64,000 bases of DNA from Acidimicrobiia bacterium (lineage in GTDB: Bacteria > Actinomycetota > Acidimicrobiia > Spongiisociales > ZC4RG35): the NCBI GenBank assembly GCA_041742825.1, contig JBGTNX010000115.1, positions 34,491 through 98,490 of the forward strand, in the 5' to 3' direction. Positions 52,339 to 62,470 of this stretch are shown piece by piece (positions within the stretch are counted from its first letter, which is position 1; each line of letters begins with the position of its first letter). Made by a program: the position numbers and the translations under genes. The notes under the pieces are model-generated. The model worked only from the letters and a program-made list of their open reading frames with translations, was not told where the DNA came from and ran no database searches.

Positions 52339-52735
52339 CTGAGGCGTCGAATGCGGCGCGGAACAAGCCAACCAGGGCTTTGCGGTCGACATCCTCGAGA
52401 CTCTTGATGTAGACGCACGTCTTGCCGGTTGTGTGTTTGCCAAGTTCGCTCAGCATCCGGTCGCGGCCGTCGAAGTCCGTCGGCAGATAGAGGGTGATGT
52501 TTGCATTCCGCGGCGAGAATCCAACCTTGAACCAGTCGAGTTCGCGGCCGCTGTCATATCTCATATGGATTTCACCGAAGCCGACGATGCCGGGACCCCA
52601 CATTCTCGGCTTCTCGCCGGTCGCGGCCGTCATCATCGCAACGATCTGGAGGGAATCCTCGCGTTTGCTGTCGTCTTCGACCTTCTCGATGAAGTCGGTG
52701 ACGTCGCCATCGGTCAACTGCGTCTTGTTCACCAC
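52331..52735 (-). CDS. DUF1801 (YdhG-like) domain protein
   Basis: MWGPGIVGFG...NANITLYL pattern, parallel to the protein at 30051-30470. Confidence 0.7.
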   Translation of the reverse strand: MVNKTQLTDGDVTDFIEKVEDDSKREDSLQIVAMMTAATGEKPRMWGPGIVGFGEIHMRYDSGRELDWFKVGFSPRNANITLYLPTDFDGRDRMLSELGKHTTGKTCVYIKSLEDVDRKALVGLFRAAFDASAI

Positions 52736-52747
52736 TATCGGTCTTGA

Positions 52748-53143
52748 CTACCTCTCCTGGAGCCTGCTGAGGAGATTGGTCACCGAGTCCATGCTGATGC
52801 CGCCCTCCGGGAGATTTCCTGCCGGAGTCAGCCTGTCGATGACCTTGGGTAGAGCCATTGAAATCTTTGCTGCGGCTTCCTTCGGGTCGATTCCGAGCTT
52901 CTTGGCAACTCCGGCGACTGCGTCGCTGCCCAGGGCTTCTTCGATCTTGCTGGCCCCAACCGGGGAGTTTTCCCCGGTTCCGATCCAGCTCTCGAGCTGG
53001 CCCTGCAGGTTACTGCCCTTGAGCTTGGCGACGAGGGCGTCGATCCCGCCGAATTGCTCGATGAGCGCCTGAACGACTTCGGCGATTCCGCCCTTGCTAC
53101 CTCCGCCCCCGAGCAGGCCAGTCAGTCGGTTGAGAATTCCCAT
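52748..53143 (-). CDS. YidB (DUF937) family protein
   Basis: GGIDALVAKLKGSNLQGQLESWIGTGENSPV is the family signature. Confidence 0.8.
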   Translation of the reverse strand: MGILNRLTGLLGGGGSKGGIAEVVQALIEQFGGIDALVAKLKGSNLQGQLESWIGTGENSPVGASKIEEALGSDAVAGVAKKLGIDPKEAAAKISMALPKVIDRLTPAGNLPEGGISMDSVTNLLSRLQER

Positions 53144-53289
53144 TTCCAGATCCTTTCGAAACGTATTGGTTGGAACTTAGCGTCTGTCGATCGTGGTGGG
53201 CGAGCAGTCGGCCAGCGCCGTGCCACCCTGAGGTTCGGGTGTGACTGGTTGCCTTCATCGCTCAGGACCGAGCCATTAGAGTCCCGAAT

Positions 53290-53655
53290 ATGAAGCGGCT
53301 AATCGGCATTCTCGTCACCGCCCTGGCGATCTGGGTGGCTGAGGTAATCGTTCCCGGTCTCGATTTCATTGGGAAATGGTGGGCTTTCCTCCTTGTCGCA
53401 CTAATCCTTTCGATAATCAATTCTGTGGTCAAACCCATTGTCAAGCTGCTCAGCCTCCCGGTGGTCCTGGCGACTCTCGGGTTGTTCCTTCTCGTGATCA
53501 ACGCACTTATGCTCTCTCTGACAGTGTGGTTGGCCGACCCGGCACGGCTCGACCTCGGTCTCACGTCGGATGGGTTCTTCTGGGCAACCTTTCTCGGCGC
53601 CGTTGTGATCAGCATCGTCCAATCTGTTGTGAACCTCTTCATCGACGCTGACTGA
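53290..53655 (+). CDS. DUF360 / holin superfamily IV-like 4-TM membrane protein
   Basis: LILSIINSVVKPIVKLLSLPVVLATLGLFLLVINALML is the family pattern. Confidence 0.8.
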   Translation: MKRLIGILVTALAIWVAEVIVPGLDFIGKWWAFLLVALILSIINSVVKPIVKLLSLPVVLATLGLFLLVINALMLSLTVWLADPARLDLGLTSDGFFWATFLGAVVISIVQSVVNLFIDAD

Positions 53656-53726
53656 GTTCGGGACGCCCGACTCTGGTTCCAGCGACCTATGGATATAGGT
53701 CCGGCATCCGGTCAGAGTGGTAGGAA

Positions 53727-53987
53727 GTGGATGATCCTGGGAGGGACGCTTTCATGCTGGAGAAAATTCTCAACGAACTGCCCGGCCGCGCCTGTGAGCA
53801 CGAAGCAGTGGTAACGACACGAAACCATGGGCTGGAGCGGCAAGTGTGTGAGTCATGCGGTCATGTGACTGTTCGGCTTCTCGACACCACCGCGGCGGAA
53901 GAGGCACAACTGGTGGGCACTGTCCACCACCCGAGGCCAAGTCTCGCCAACGCCATGGCGGGGGAGGGCCGTCAACTCGCCGAATAG
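53727..53987 (+). CDS. Hypothetical small protein (possible Cys/His metal site; start uncertain, Met at 53754)
   Basis: ORF only. Contains C-x-H...CxxC-H. No family recognised. Confidence 0.3.
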   Translation: MDDPGRDAFMLEKILNELPGRACEHEAVVTTRNHGLERQVCESCGHVTVRLLDTTAAEEAQLVGTVHHPRPSLANAMAGEGRQLAE

Positions 53988-54023
53988 GACCGGTCGGCCA
54001 GGCCATGCGTCCGCGTCTGGCGG

Positions 54024-55820
54024 CTACTGCCTGAAGAGGTCCGGGAGAACACTCAGCGGCACATTGCCCTGCCCGAGGAAGATCTCGTGGAAATTGGCCA
54101 TGGCCACGGGATCATCAGCCGATACCCCGTTCGCGTCCCTCAGCTCCAGAATGGCGAGCATCCCCACCATGTAGGCTGTCGCCTGACCCGGATACAGTGC
54201 ATAACGCTCGATTTCGTAGTTGAAATGGTCGCCTTCGATGACCTCGGTCATTGCCTGCAATGCCTCGTCCCTGGTCCATTGGTAGTGATGGATCCCCGTG
54301 TCCACGACCAAACGCGCTGCTCTCAGAAGCTCATAGTCGAGTCGACCGAAGTCGCTCAGAGGATCGTCCCGATACACACCGGTTTCGGCGGCGAGGCGCT
54401 CCGCATACAGAGCCCAACCTTCGACATGGCCCGTGCTGGTGAGGAAGCGCTGGGGCGATGCCAGATCCGACTCCTGGGCCAGGGCGATCTGGAAATGATG
54501 GCCGGGGACTGCCTCGTGGTACGCGAGCGACTCCATCGTGTATCGAGCCACCTGCTGACCGCCCGTCCCCGCATGAAACTGCCCCGGGCGAGTCCCGTCC
54601 GATGCAGGAATCAGGTAGAAGGCCACGGGGCCGGGGTCGTTGACGATCTCCAGCGGAGTGCTCGGCACGGTCTTGAAGTAGGGATCGGACCAATCCGACG
54701 CATTCTCGATGATCGTTGCGTAGGCGTCGACTACTTCGCCTCCTGACACAAAGCCGCCGCGGTTTGCCGCAAGCTGCCGGAACTCGGCGACGCTGAGCTC
54801 ACCAAAGCCCGAGGCCACAGCCAGGTCCTGCATTTCACCCTTGATCCGATCGGCTTCATCGAGACCGATCTGATGGATCTCTTCCGGTGATAGCTCGGTC
54901 GAGGTGTGGCGGCCGAGAAGGTGCCGGTAGAAGCTATCTCCGCCCGGAAGGGCGCCAACGCTGAGGACTTGGTGCTGTTGACCGATACCGCGCAGGTGCT
55001 CGATCAGGTCTTGCCATGCCGGTATGAAGCTGGCGGCAAGTTCTGAGCGGGCCCGGTCGACATATCCACTCCCGGTCTCCGCATCGAGGTCAGCAGCCTG
55101 GATCCGATCTTCGAACGCAGCGAGAAGTGCCATGCGTTCGGGGTCGCCCCCGGCGATGTCATCTTCGAGCTGGCGGATGGTGATATCGATCAGGTACCCC
55201 GCGGGAACGGCCCCAGCAGCTTCGGCTTCCACCATCCAAGCGATCACCTGTTCGACCTGCGCCGGGACGGCTGCCAGTCTCGCAATGTACGCCTCGATCT
55301 CATCGGGGGCCGTCAGCGGATGCACCGACATGAACAGGCTCATCAAGTCTCCGTTGTAGCTGTTGATCAGGAAATGGACCGGCCACTCCAGCAGCCGGAA
55401 CCCATTTGCCGCGATTGCGTTATCCAGATGCCACTCGAAGGCCTTGTAGGTGATCTGCTGATCGGGAGAGAGGGTCTTGGGGTCGAAGGAGCGCAGCCGC
55501 GACAGCACCGATTCCGAGACCTCCGTTGTGGCGAGGATGTACTCCGGCGAGAGGTCGTCGAGTTGGTCGGGGCGGGTCCCATACCGGGCATCCAATCCGA
55601 GGACGGTGACCAACTGGGGCCTTCGCTTTGTCCACTCTTCGAACGAGCTCTCCACGAAATCGTCGAACGATTCTGTGACTGCCGGACCGTGGGTAGATGC
55701 CGTTGTGGACGTGACGGCGCCGGTTGCGGCAGTGTTTTCTGTCACCCCCGCGTTCGAAGTGCAAGCCGTCACGAGGACAACGAGAACAAACGCCGCCGCT
55801 GGTACCTGGAGCCTGGTCAT
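54024..55820 (-). CDS. DUF885 family lipoprotein (metallopeptidase-like)
   Basis: YHEAVPGHHFQ motif. Signal/lipobox VVLVTAC after ATG 55820. Confidence 0.85.
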   Translation of the reverse strand: MTRLQVPAAAFVLVVLVTACTSNAGVTENTAATGAVTSTTASTHGPAVTESFDDFVESSFEEWTKRRPQLVTVLGLDARYGTRPDQLDDLSPEYILATTEVSESVLSRLRSFDPKTLSPDQQITYKAFEWHLDNAIAANGFRLLEWPVHFLINSYNGDLMSLFMSVHPLTAPDEIEAYIARLAAVPAQVEQVIAWMVEAEAAGAVPAGYLIDITIRQLEDDIAGGDPERMALLAAFEDRIQAADLDAETGSGYVDRARSELAASFIPAWQDLIEHLRGIGQQHQVLSVGALPGGDSFYRHLLGRHTSTELSPEEIHQIGLDEADRIKGEMQDLAVASGFGELSVAEFRQLAANRGGFVSGGEVVDAYATIIENASDWSDPYFKTVPSTPLEIVNDPGPVAFYLIPASDGTRPGQFHAGTGGQQVARYTMESLAYHEAVPGHHFQIALAQESDLASPQRFLTSTGHVEGWALYAERLAAETGVYRDDPLSDFGRLDYELLRAARLVVDTGIHHYQWTRDEALQAMTEVIEGDHFNYEIERYALYPGQATAYMVGMLAILELRDANGVSADDPVAMANFHEIFLGQGNVPLSVLPDLFRQ

Positions 55821-55895
55821 CAAAGAGTCATGTGGCCACGGCCCGGTTCCATGTCCTACCCATGACCTGAGGGGAGACACGTTAGATTCAGCTCC

Positions 55896-57797
55896 ATGGA
55901 TCGGGAAAGGGAGCAGCACCGCATCGCCCGGACTTTGTTCGCCTCGCTGGTGATCGTGTTCGGCCTCCAATCGTTGCGCTTCCTCTTCGGCTCACTGAGC
56001 TGGTACCTGCGGGACACCCTCGGTATCGGCGTGCTCGACCTGATCCCGATTGCCTTTGCACCATTTCTACTCTCGGGACTGGTCCCGCTGCTGGCGAAGT
56101 GGGTCCCGTTCGAGCGTGTGATGTTTTCGGCAACGCTGCTACTGGTGCTCGCACGACTCGTGAACCAGATCTCCGCCGATCCGCTTGTCGACTTCTGGTC
56201 TTCGTCGGTGGCCACTCTTGCCTTTGTCGGACTGCTTCCACTTCTGTTCGGACTGGGCCGCTCGGCAATGGTGGGAGGGCTGCTCATCGGGCTCGCCATA
56301 GATTCGGCGATCAAAGGGCTGGGTCTGAGCCTCGATCTCGCCTATCAGCCTGGTTGGAGGTCGGTCGTTGCAGTTGTCGGGCTCGGTCTCGGCATCGCCT
56401 GGGCTTTCAACAATATGGGAGCGCTGGAGAAAGCCGGTGCCGGCCACGTCGCCAGCATTTCTCTGCTCGGGCTCGCACCGTTCTTGTTCCTCCAGATGCT
56501 CCTCCTCCAGTCCCAGGGTTGGACGTCGGCGGTCACCGGTGTGTCTGGGCCGACCGCCCAATTGCGCATCGCAGTTCTCAACGCGCTCGCCGTGTTCCTC
56601 GCCTACCGCCTCGCGGGCAATCGGACGATGTTCGGCCTGTGTCTCGGTCTCGTCGTAGGCGCGGTACTTGCGGCCGAAGGTGATGGCACCGTCTACAACA
56701 TTCTCAGTCTCGTTGCGATCCCGGCCGCCGGTGTGGTCTGGGCGGGTCTCGTACCGGGGCCGGACGAACCCCGGATCGGGGCGTCGTCTTTCTATCTGAT
56801 CGCCGGTGCCTCCCTCTTCCTCGCTTTCGGGCTCGCCTATTACGTGCCGCTGGACATGAATCTGGGTTTTGACGCCCCGGCGGTCAGGATCGCGGCAGGC
56901 GTCGTTCTCGCTGCTCTCGGCGGCGCGGCGATGACCCGCCAGCAATCCGGCTTTCTTTCGGGGCACACCGATTGGGGTTTCGCTGCAGTAGCGGCTGTGC
57001 TCCCGCTGCTGGCATTTTCAGCCGCCCTCGGGGCCGAGACCGAGTCCCTTGAGGCATCTGAAGGCCCTATTCGGTTCGTCTCGTACAACGTGCACTCCGC
57101 CTTCGACATCGACGGCAACCTCGACGTTTCCGGAATCGCCGAAGTGATTGCCGATACCAGGGCCGATGTGGTCGCCCTCCAGGAGGTGTCGCGCGGCCAG
57201 CTTCTCAGCGCCAACACCGACCTGCTGACCCTCCTCCAACTCGAACTCGGCTTCGAACATGTTGCCTTCTTCGGCACCACCGATCCGGTTTGGGGAAATG
57301 CGATCCTGAGCCGGTACCCGATCATCGATGTTGCCACTGACTACCTGCCGAGGGTCGGAACGCCGATGCGACGCGGCTCTCTTGGTGCACTTGTCGCGAT
57401 CGGCGACCGCGAGGTCCTGGTTATCAGCACCCACCTCCAGCACGTCAACGACTCCGACGTTCACGACGAAGATCCCGAAGCCGACCTGTTGCCGGTGCAT
57501 ACCGAACAGATCAAAGTGATCCTCGACCAGTGGGCGGGCCAAACACCGGCAGTCTTGATGGGCGACTTCAACGCAAGACCGGACTGGGCCCAGATTGCAA
57601 TTATCAATTCGGCCGGGTGGGTGGATACATGGGCAGAAGAAGGTTCGGGTGACGGGTTCACGTCCAATGCCTCCGACCCCCGCTATCGGATCGACTACAT
57701 ATTCCATACCGGGGACATGAGAGCGGCCGATGTCGGGGTCATCCAGTCGACGGCATCGGACCACTTTGCCGTAGTGGCCGACCTCAACTTCGAGTGA
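55896..57797 (+). CDS. Polytopic membrane domain (about 390 aa) fused to an endonuclease/exonuclease/phosphatase (EEP) domain
   Basis: C-terminal EEP blocks IRFVSYNVHS, VVALQEV, GDFNARP and SDHFAVVADL. The N-terminus has many hydrophobic helices. Confidence 0.8.
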   Translation: MDREREQHRIARTLFASLVIVFGLQSLRFLFGSLSWYLRDTLGIGVLDLIPIAFAPFLLSGLVPLLAKWVPFERVMFSATLLLVLARLVNQISADPLVDFWSSSVATLAFVGLLPLLFGLGRSAMVGGLLIGLAIDSAIKGLGLSLDLAYQPGWRSVVAVVGLGLGIAWAFNNMGALEKAGAGHVASISLLGLAPFLFLQMLLLQSQGWTSAVTGVSGPTAQLRIAVLNALAVFLAYRLAGNRTMFGLCLGLVVGAVLAAEGDGTVYNILSLVAIPAAGVVWAGLVPGPDEPRIGASSFYLIAGASLFLAFGLAYYVPLDMNLGFDAPAVRIAAGVVLAALGGAAMTRQQSGFLSGHTDWGFAAVAAVLPLLAFSAALGAETESLEASEGPIRFVSYNVHSAFDIDGNLDVSGIAEVIADTRADVVALQEVSRGQLLSANTDLLTLLQLELGFEHVAFFGTTDPVWGNAILSRYPIIDVATDYLPRVGTPMRRGSLGALVAIGDREVLVISTHLQHVNDSDVHDEDPEADLLPVHTEQIKVILDQWAGQTPAVLMGDFNARPDWAQIAIINSAGWVDTWAEEGSGDGFTSNASDPRYRIDYIFHTGDMRAADVGVIQSTASDHFAVVADLNFE

Positions 57798-58156
57798 GCG
57801 ACTGGACCGAGCAAGTCGGTGAGCCCGGTCTCGAACGAATTGCGGCGTCGCTCAGGGAAAGGAGGGACCGCCTTGCAGGCGAACTGGTACGCCTGACCGA
57901 GCCTCCCGAGCAGGGTGCGGGCGTCGGGTTCGGGAAGCGGGTCGGCGACGGGACGTCGGAGGCGGTCGAGCGAATCAGCACAACGGCCACGGCGAGGTCG
58001 ATCGCGACCTCGATCCACGAGATCGACGTTGCTCTCCAACGGGTCGAGGGGGGAAAATATGGCGTCTGCGAGGTTTGTGGCGGGCCAATTCTCGCAGAGC
58101 GATTGGAAGCCCTCCCGGCGACATCGACCTGTATGAAGTGTGCCACCGCCCGATAG
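57794..58156 (+). CDS. TraR/DksA family C4 zinc-finger protein
   Basis: CEVCGGPI...TCMKC four-Cys finger. GTG start overlaps the EEP stop (GTGA). Confidence 0.8.
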   Translation: MSDWTEQVGEPGLERIAASLRERRDRLAGELVRLTEPPEQGAGVGFGKRVGDGTSEAVERISTTATARSIATSIHEIDVALQRVEGGKYGVCEVCGGPILAERLEALPATSTCMKCATAR

Positions 58157-58174
58157 TGCCTGAAAGAGCCCAGC

Positions 58175-58681
58175 TCAGGTATCGAGCTTTCGGTAGCTAC
58201 CTCTGAAATGGACCAGGGGATCGGCGAGGTCGGCATGGGAGGTCTCGTCGATTCTGCCGACAAGGATTCCCGACCACCCGATTTCCTCGATTGTCTGCAA
58301 CGAGCAGAAAGCGCGGTCGGGCATCGCCGTCAGAGTCGGCCCCCAGTTTGACCGTTCCCAGTCTGCGCTGGCGAACATCCCTCCCGGGCTGGGCCTCAGA
58401 CCAGCGAATACTTCGGCTAGCCCATCATGGCCATGTCTGCAGATGTGGACCACGAACTTTCCCGTCTGCGAAACGACATCGAACAGGTCGGAGTTGGGAC
58501 CGACTGCAGCATAGAGAAGCGGAGTAGCGCCTTCGATGGCAAAGAGCGAAGAAACCGTAAGGCCGGTCTGTGTTTCTTCGTTCCCTGAGGTGAGGATCGT
58601 GACCGGAGACGCGAGACGGCCCCTGAACCTACGCAACCGGTCGTCACCTTCGGGGGAAAAGGGATTGTCACTGTGAATCAC
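58175..58681 (-). CDS. Flavin reductase-like (FMN-binding split barrel) protein
   Basis: FRGRLASPVTILTS...GLTVSSL pattern. GTG 58681 is a tentative start. Confidence 0.65.
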   Translation of the reverse strand: MIHSDNPFSPEGDDRLRRFRGRLASPVTILTSGNEETQTGLTVSSLFAIEGATPLLYAAVGPNSDLFDVVSQTGKFVVHICRHGHDGLAEVFAGLRPSPGGMFASADWERSNWGPTLTAMPDRAFCSLQTIEEIGWSGILVGRIDETSHADLADPLVHFRGSYRKLDT

Positions 58682-58757
58682 GACCTCGATTGTGGCACGG
58701 AATACGCAACGACCGACCTGTCGGCTAGCTTTGCGGTAACCAACTGAAGGAGAACCA

Positions 58758-59195
58758 ATGGCTTTGGATAGCACCGGATCGGCCCACTGGGAGGGCGACC
58801 TCATGACCGGAAATGGCGTGGCAAACCTCGACTCATCGGGGGCAGCGGGGCCGCTACCGATCAATTGGAAAGCCCGCGCCGAAGAGCACGGCGGAACCAC
58901 CAGCCCTGAGGAATTGATCGCAGCAGCACATGCCTCCTGTTACAGCATGGCGTTCTCCAACATGCTCGCCAAAGCCGGCACACCGCCTGTTTCGCTCGAC
59001 ACGTCGGCGACTGCGACCTTTGTCCCCGGCGAAGGAATTACGGGAATCACCCTCACTGTCAAGGGAGTTGTCCCCGATATCAGTGACGAGGACTTCCAGG
59101 CAACAGCCGAAAATGCCAAGGAGAACTGTCCTGTGTCCAAGGCGCTGGCCGGCAACGTCCCGATCACTCTGGACGCCTCTCTCAACCCGGCGTAG
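58758..59195 (+). CDS. osmC: OsmC family peroxiredoxin
   Basis: TSPEELIAAAHASCYSMAF and ENCPVSKAL carry the two conserved Cys. Confidence 0.9.
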   Translation: MALDSTGSAHWEGDLMTGNGVANLDSSGAAGPLPINWKARAEEHGGTTSPEELIAAAHASCYSMAFSNMLAKAGTPPVSLDTSATATFVPGEGITGITLTVKGVVPDISDEDFQATAENAKENCPVSKALAGNVPITLDASLNPA

Positions 59196-59209
59196 GAACA
59201 GACCTCCGG

Positions 59210-60301
59210 ATGCGTCTCGGGGTAGCCGCTGCCCTCGTCGATGGGCGCCTCGTCCCGGGCGACGTCGAGGTAGAGGGGTCATCGATCGCGGCGGTCGGGA
59301 TTGACGGGGGAGGAAGCGGTGTCGCCCTTCCTGGATTCATCGATATCCACACCCACGGCTACGACGGTGTCGACTTTGCGTTCGCCAGCCCCGACGAGAT
59401 GCGGGATGTGTCGCTTGCCCTGACCGCGACAGGGGTGACCGCTTTTCAGCCGACTCTCCTCACGCTCACCGAGAAGGAGTTCCGGGATGCATTGTTGGCC
59501 CACGCCGCCGCCGACTACGAAGGGGCGAGCTTTCTCGGCACCCACCTCGAGGGACCTTTTCTATCGCCCGAGTATCCGGGAGCCCATGACCCCGGCCTGC
59601 TGCGAACTCCGGATCTAGGTCTCTGTCGCCGGTTGCTCGAATCCGGGGTAGTGGGCCAGATGACGCTCGCTCCAGAATTGTCCGGTGCATTCGAGCTGAT
59701 CGAGATCTTGGGCCAGGCGGGTGCAGCAATCGCCGTCGGCCATTCCGACGCCGACGCTGCCCTGGCCCATCGTGCTTTCGACGCGGGCGCCAGGATCCTG
59801 ACTCATGTGTTCAACGCCTGCCGCCCCTTCTCCCATCGTGATCCCGGGATCGGCGGTGTGGCGCTGACCCGGCCGGATGTGTTTATCTCCGCAGTCGTCG
59901 ACAATGTGCATCTGAGCAAGGAAGCAACTCTGCTCGCCATGGCGGTAGGCCCCGATCGATTTCTCGTCGTCACCGATGCGATGTCGGGCGCAGGCAGAGG
60001 AGACGGCACTTTCCAACTCGGGAACAAGGAGGTCTCGGTGCACAAGGGAGAGGCGCGACTCGCTGACGGCACAATCGCCTCGAGCGTTCTGACCATGGAT
60101 GCAGCTTTGCGAAACCTAACCGAACTTGGTTGGGACCTTCCGAAGGCTTCAGCGGCCCTGGCAGCCACGCCCGCCCGTGCGATTGGCCGGGCCGACCTCG
60201 GGTCGATCAGAGTGGGTAACAGGGCAGATATCGCTATCGTCGACGACGATCTGAAAGTAGTCGCCACTTATGTCTCCGGTGAAGAGCGATATCGGCGGTG
60301 A
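59210..60301 (+). CDS. nagA: N-acetylglucosamine-6-phosphate deacetylase
   Basis: PGFIDIHTHG, the HLEGPF region, and the THVFNA motif. Confidence 0.85.
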   Translation: MRLGVAAALVDGRLVPGDVEVEGSSIAAVGIDGGGSGVALPGFIDIHTHGYDGVDFAFASPDEMRDVSLALTATGVTAFQPTLLTLTEKEFRDALLAHAAADYEGASFLGTHLEGPFLSPEYPGAHDPGLLRTPDLGLCRRLLESGVVGQMTLAPELSGAFELIEILGQAGAAIAVGHSDADAALAHRAFDAGARILTHVFNACRPFSHRDPGIGGVALTRPDVFISAVVDNVHLSKEATLLAMAVGPDRFLVVTDAMSGAGRGDGTFQLGNKEVSVHKGEARLADGTIASSVLTMDAALRNLTELGWDLPKASAALAATPARAIGRADLGSIRVGNRADIAIVDDDLKVVATYVSGEERYRR

Positions 60302-60507
60302 AGACCGTCAGGCCCTGGATCCGGCGACTCCGGTTGGCGAATACGCCCGAGATATCGGTTAGCCTGGCCGGGCAAATCGGGGTTTTCCTGCCGCAACCCT
60401 TCCTTGGTCAGAGGTAACTGTCCTGAAGAAACCGGGGATGGATAACTCCCCGGCGGTTGCACCATCCTCCTTAGGTTGAGTCGACCATGTGTCGATAGCT
60501 TAAGGTC

Positions 60508-62397
60508 GTGACGACTCTCAAGGATCCACCGGTCAAGTCTGGCCAATTGCCGGCCCCACCGGCATTGTTACCCGTGAGGTCGAGGCGCAGCAATCTCCAG
60601 GGCGACATCGTCGGCGGCGTTCTGGCAGTCACTTTTTTCGTTCTCGTTGCAATTCTCGTCTGGGGATTCGTATGGCAGCGAGAGGTTCTCCAGGCGGCGG
60701 CGCTAGACCGGGTCACCGGGGTGGCGGCGGCACAGACAGAGCGCGTCGACGAATTCCTCGATGAAGGTTTGAACCACGCCGAGATGCTCGCGACTCGGGA
60801 TCAGCTAGTCCGCGGCCTCCCCGGCGGGGAAGGTGGCAACGGCCCGGCCGGGGTCCAGAGGGCAATCGATGAGTATGTCGGCGTCGCCCGCGACGTCGCC
60901 TGGGTGACGGTGTATTCGGCGGACTTGGAGATCGTTGCGAGCACCAGCCCGACTCCGGTCCGAGTCAATGCCGACTACCTCGCCCGGGCGCTGCGGGGGA
61001 GTGTTGTGGGCAACGTGATTGCAGGGGATGTCGAGAACTTGCATCTCGTCGGGTTGGGTGTCGGCAATCCCGCCGATCCCCGTGGTGTGGTTCTGGTCGC
61101 CCAGTCGATGGCGCGACTCAATGCGATGACTCTTGACTACCGCGGGTTGGGTAAGACCGGGGAGACAACCCTCGCCCGCGCCGTGGAGGGCGGGGTCGAG
61201 TTTCTGACTCCGCTTCGTTTCGATCCAGATGCTGACCTCTCGAGAGTTGTTTCGGAGTCAAGTGTCGACGTGACAGTAATCCGGATCCTCAACGTTGGCT
61301 CGGTCCAGTCCGATGACGGTGTCGACTACAGGGGCGTGCCGGTAGTGGCGGCTGGTTCACTGCTCGAGCCGGCAAATTGGATCCTCGCCGTCGAACTCGA
61401 CCGTGATGAGGCCATGGAACCGTTGGACAGTTTCGTGCGGGCTGGACTCTTTGCCCTTGTCGTTGGTTCACTGCTCGCCGCTGCGCTGGCGTGGAGAGTT
61501 TCCCAACAGATTCGTCGCCCGATTTTCGAGATGAGAACCGCAGCTCTGGCCATTGCCACCGGAAATCGCGACACGGTGGTGCCCAACAACCGCAACGATG
61601 AGATCGGAGAGCTCGTCGATGCTTTCAATATCATGACAGCCGAGTTGAACAGTCTGACCGGCGGTCTCGAAGCACAGGTGGCGGTCCGCACGGCCCAGCT
61701 CGAGGAGAAGAACAGCGAGTTGCGCGATCTGATGGCGGCCAAAGAGACATTCCTTGCGGGGGTGTCCCACGAAGTCAGGGGCCCGCTGACGGCGATGATG
61801 GGCTTCATCGAACTTGCCCGGGACGACTCGATTGCAATGACCGAAGAAAGCGGGCCGATGCTCGCAGCGGCCATGCAGCAGGCCGACGAAGTGTTGATTC
61901 TGATCGAGGACCTCCTTGCCGCCGCTCGCGCCGAATCGGGGACACTGCGAGTGGCGGCTGTGCGGGTTGACCTCCACGCCCAGGTAGAACAAGTCAAGGA
62001 GGGGCTCTCGCCAGCTCAAAGTGACCTCATTGATTTACGTCTGGGGGACGCCGTAGCCCTGGGCGACCCAGCCCGGATCCGCCAGGTTGTGCGAAACCTC
62101 GTAAGCAATGCATTCAGGTACGGCGGCGAGCAGGTCCGACTCCGCACTTACAGTGAGGCGAATACCGTGAGGCTGGTTGTGGAGGACGATGGCGACGGGA
62201 TCCCATCATCCGACCGGGAGAAGGTCTTCCATCCGTTTGCACAATCCGAGGGGCGACGCAAGGTAGAGGATTCTGTTGGAATCGGCCTTCATGTTTCACG
62301 GCAACTGGCGGAACTGATGTCCGGGCAGCTCAATTACCGATACGAGGACGGATGGAGTGCCTTCACCCTCATCCTTCCCCGGTTTATCGAAGACTGA
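60508..62397 (+). CDS. Sensor histidine kinase (TM, extracytoplasmic Cache-like region, HAMP, HisKA, HATPase)
   Basis: HAMP (IRRPIFEMRTAALAIATGN...DEIGELVDAFNIM), H-box FLAGVSHEVRGPL, and N/G boxes. GTG start. Confidence 0.85.
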   Translation: MTTLKDPPVKSGQLPAPPALLPVRSRRSNLQGDIVGGVLAVTFFVLVAILVWGFVWQREVLQAAALDRVTGVAAAQTERVDEFLDEGLNHAEMLATRDQLVRGLPGGEGGNGPAGVQRAIDEYVGVARDVAWVTVYSADLEIVASTSPTPVRVNADYLARALRGSVVGNVIAGDVENLHLVGLGVGNPADPRGVVLVAQSMARLNAMTLDYRGLGKTGETTLARAVEGGVEFLTPLRFDPDADLSRVVSESSVDVTVIRILNVGSVQSDDGVDYRGVPVVAAGSLLEPANWILAVELDRDEAMEPLDSFVRAGLFALVVGSLLAAALAWRVSQQIRRPIFEMRTAALAIATGNRDTVVPNNRNDEIGELVDAFNIMTAELNSLTGGLEAQVAVRTAQLEEKNSELRDLMAAKETFLAGVSHEVRGPLTAMMGFIELARDDSIAMTEESGPMLAAAMQQADEVLILIEDLLAAARAESGTLRVAAVRVDLHAQVEQVKEGLSPAQSDLIDLRLGDAVALGDPARIRQVVRNLVSNAFRYGGEQVRLRTYSEANTVRLVVEDDGDGIPSSDREKVFHPFAQSEGRRKVEDSVGIGLHVSRQLAELMSGQLNYRYEDGWSAFTLILPRFIED

Positions 62398-62470
62398 CTT
62401 GTAATCCTGTACGGGTCTATAGTGCTCGATGTCCCTTACGCAGACCGGTCCGTCTACAGTAAGGGGTGAA

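Noticed and set aside
56139-56966. 275-aa minus-strand ORF (also 57018-57764)
   Set aside because: It is antisense to the membrane-EEP gene, whose EEP motifs fix the coding strand.
60432-60453. Hairpin CCGGGGA-N8-TCCCCGG upstream of the sensor kinase, considered as a riboswitch or terminator
   Set aside because: It has no U-tract and no match to any consensus I know. An adjacent minus-strand AAGGAGG-ATG has no spacer and opens only a low-complexity ORF.
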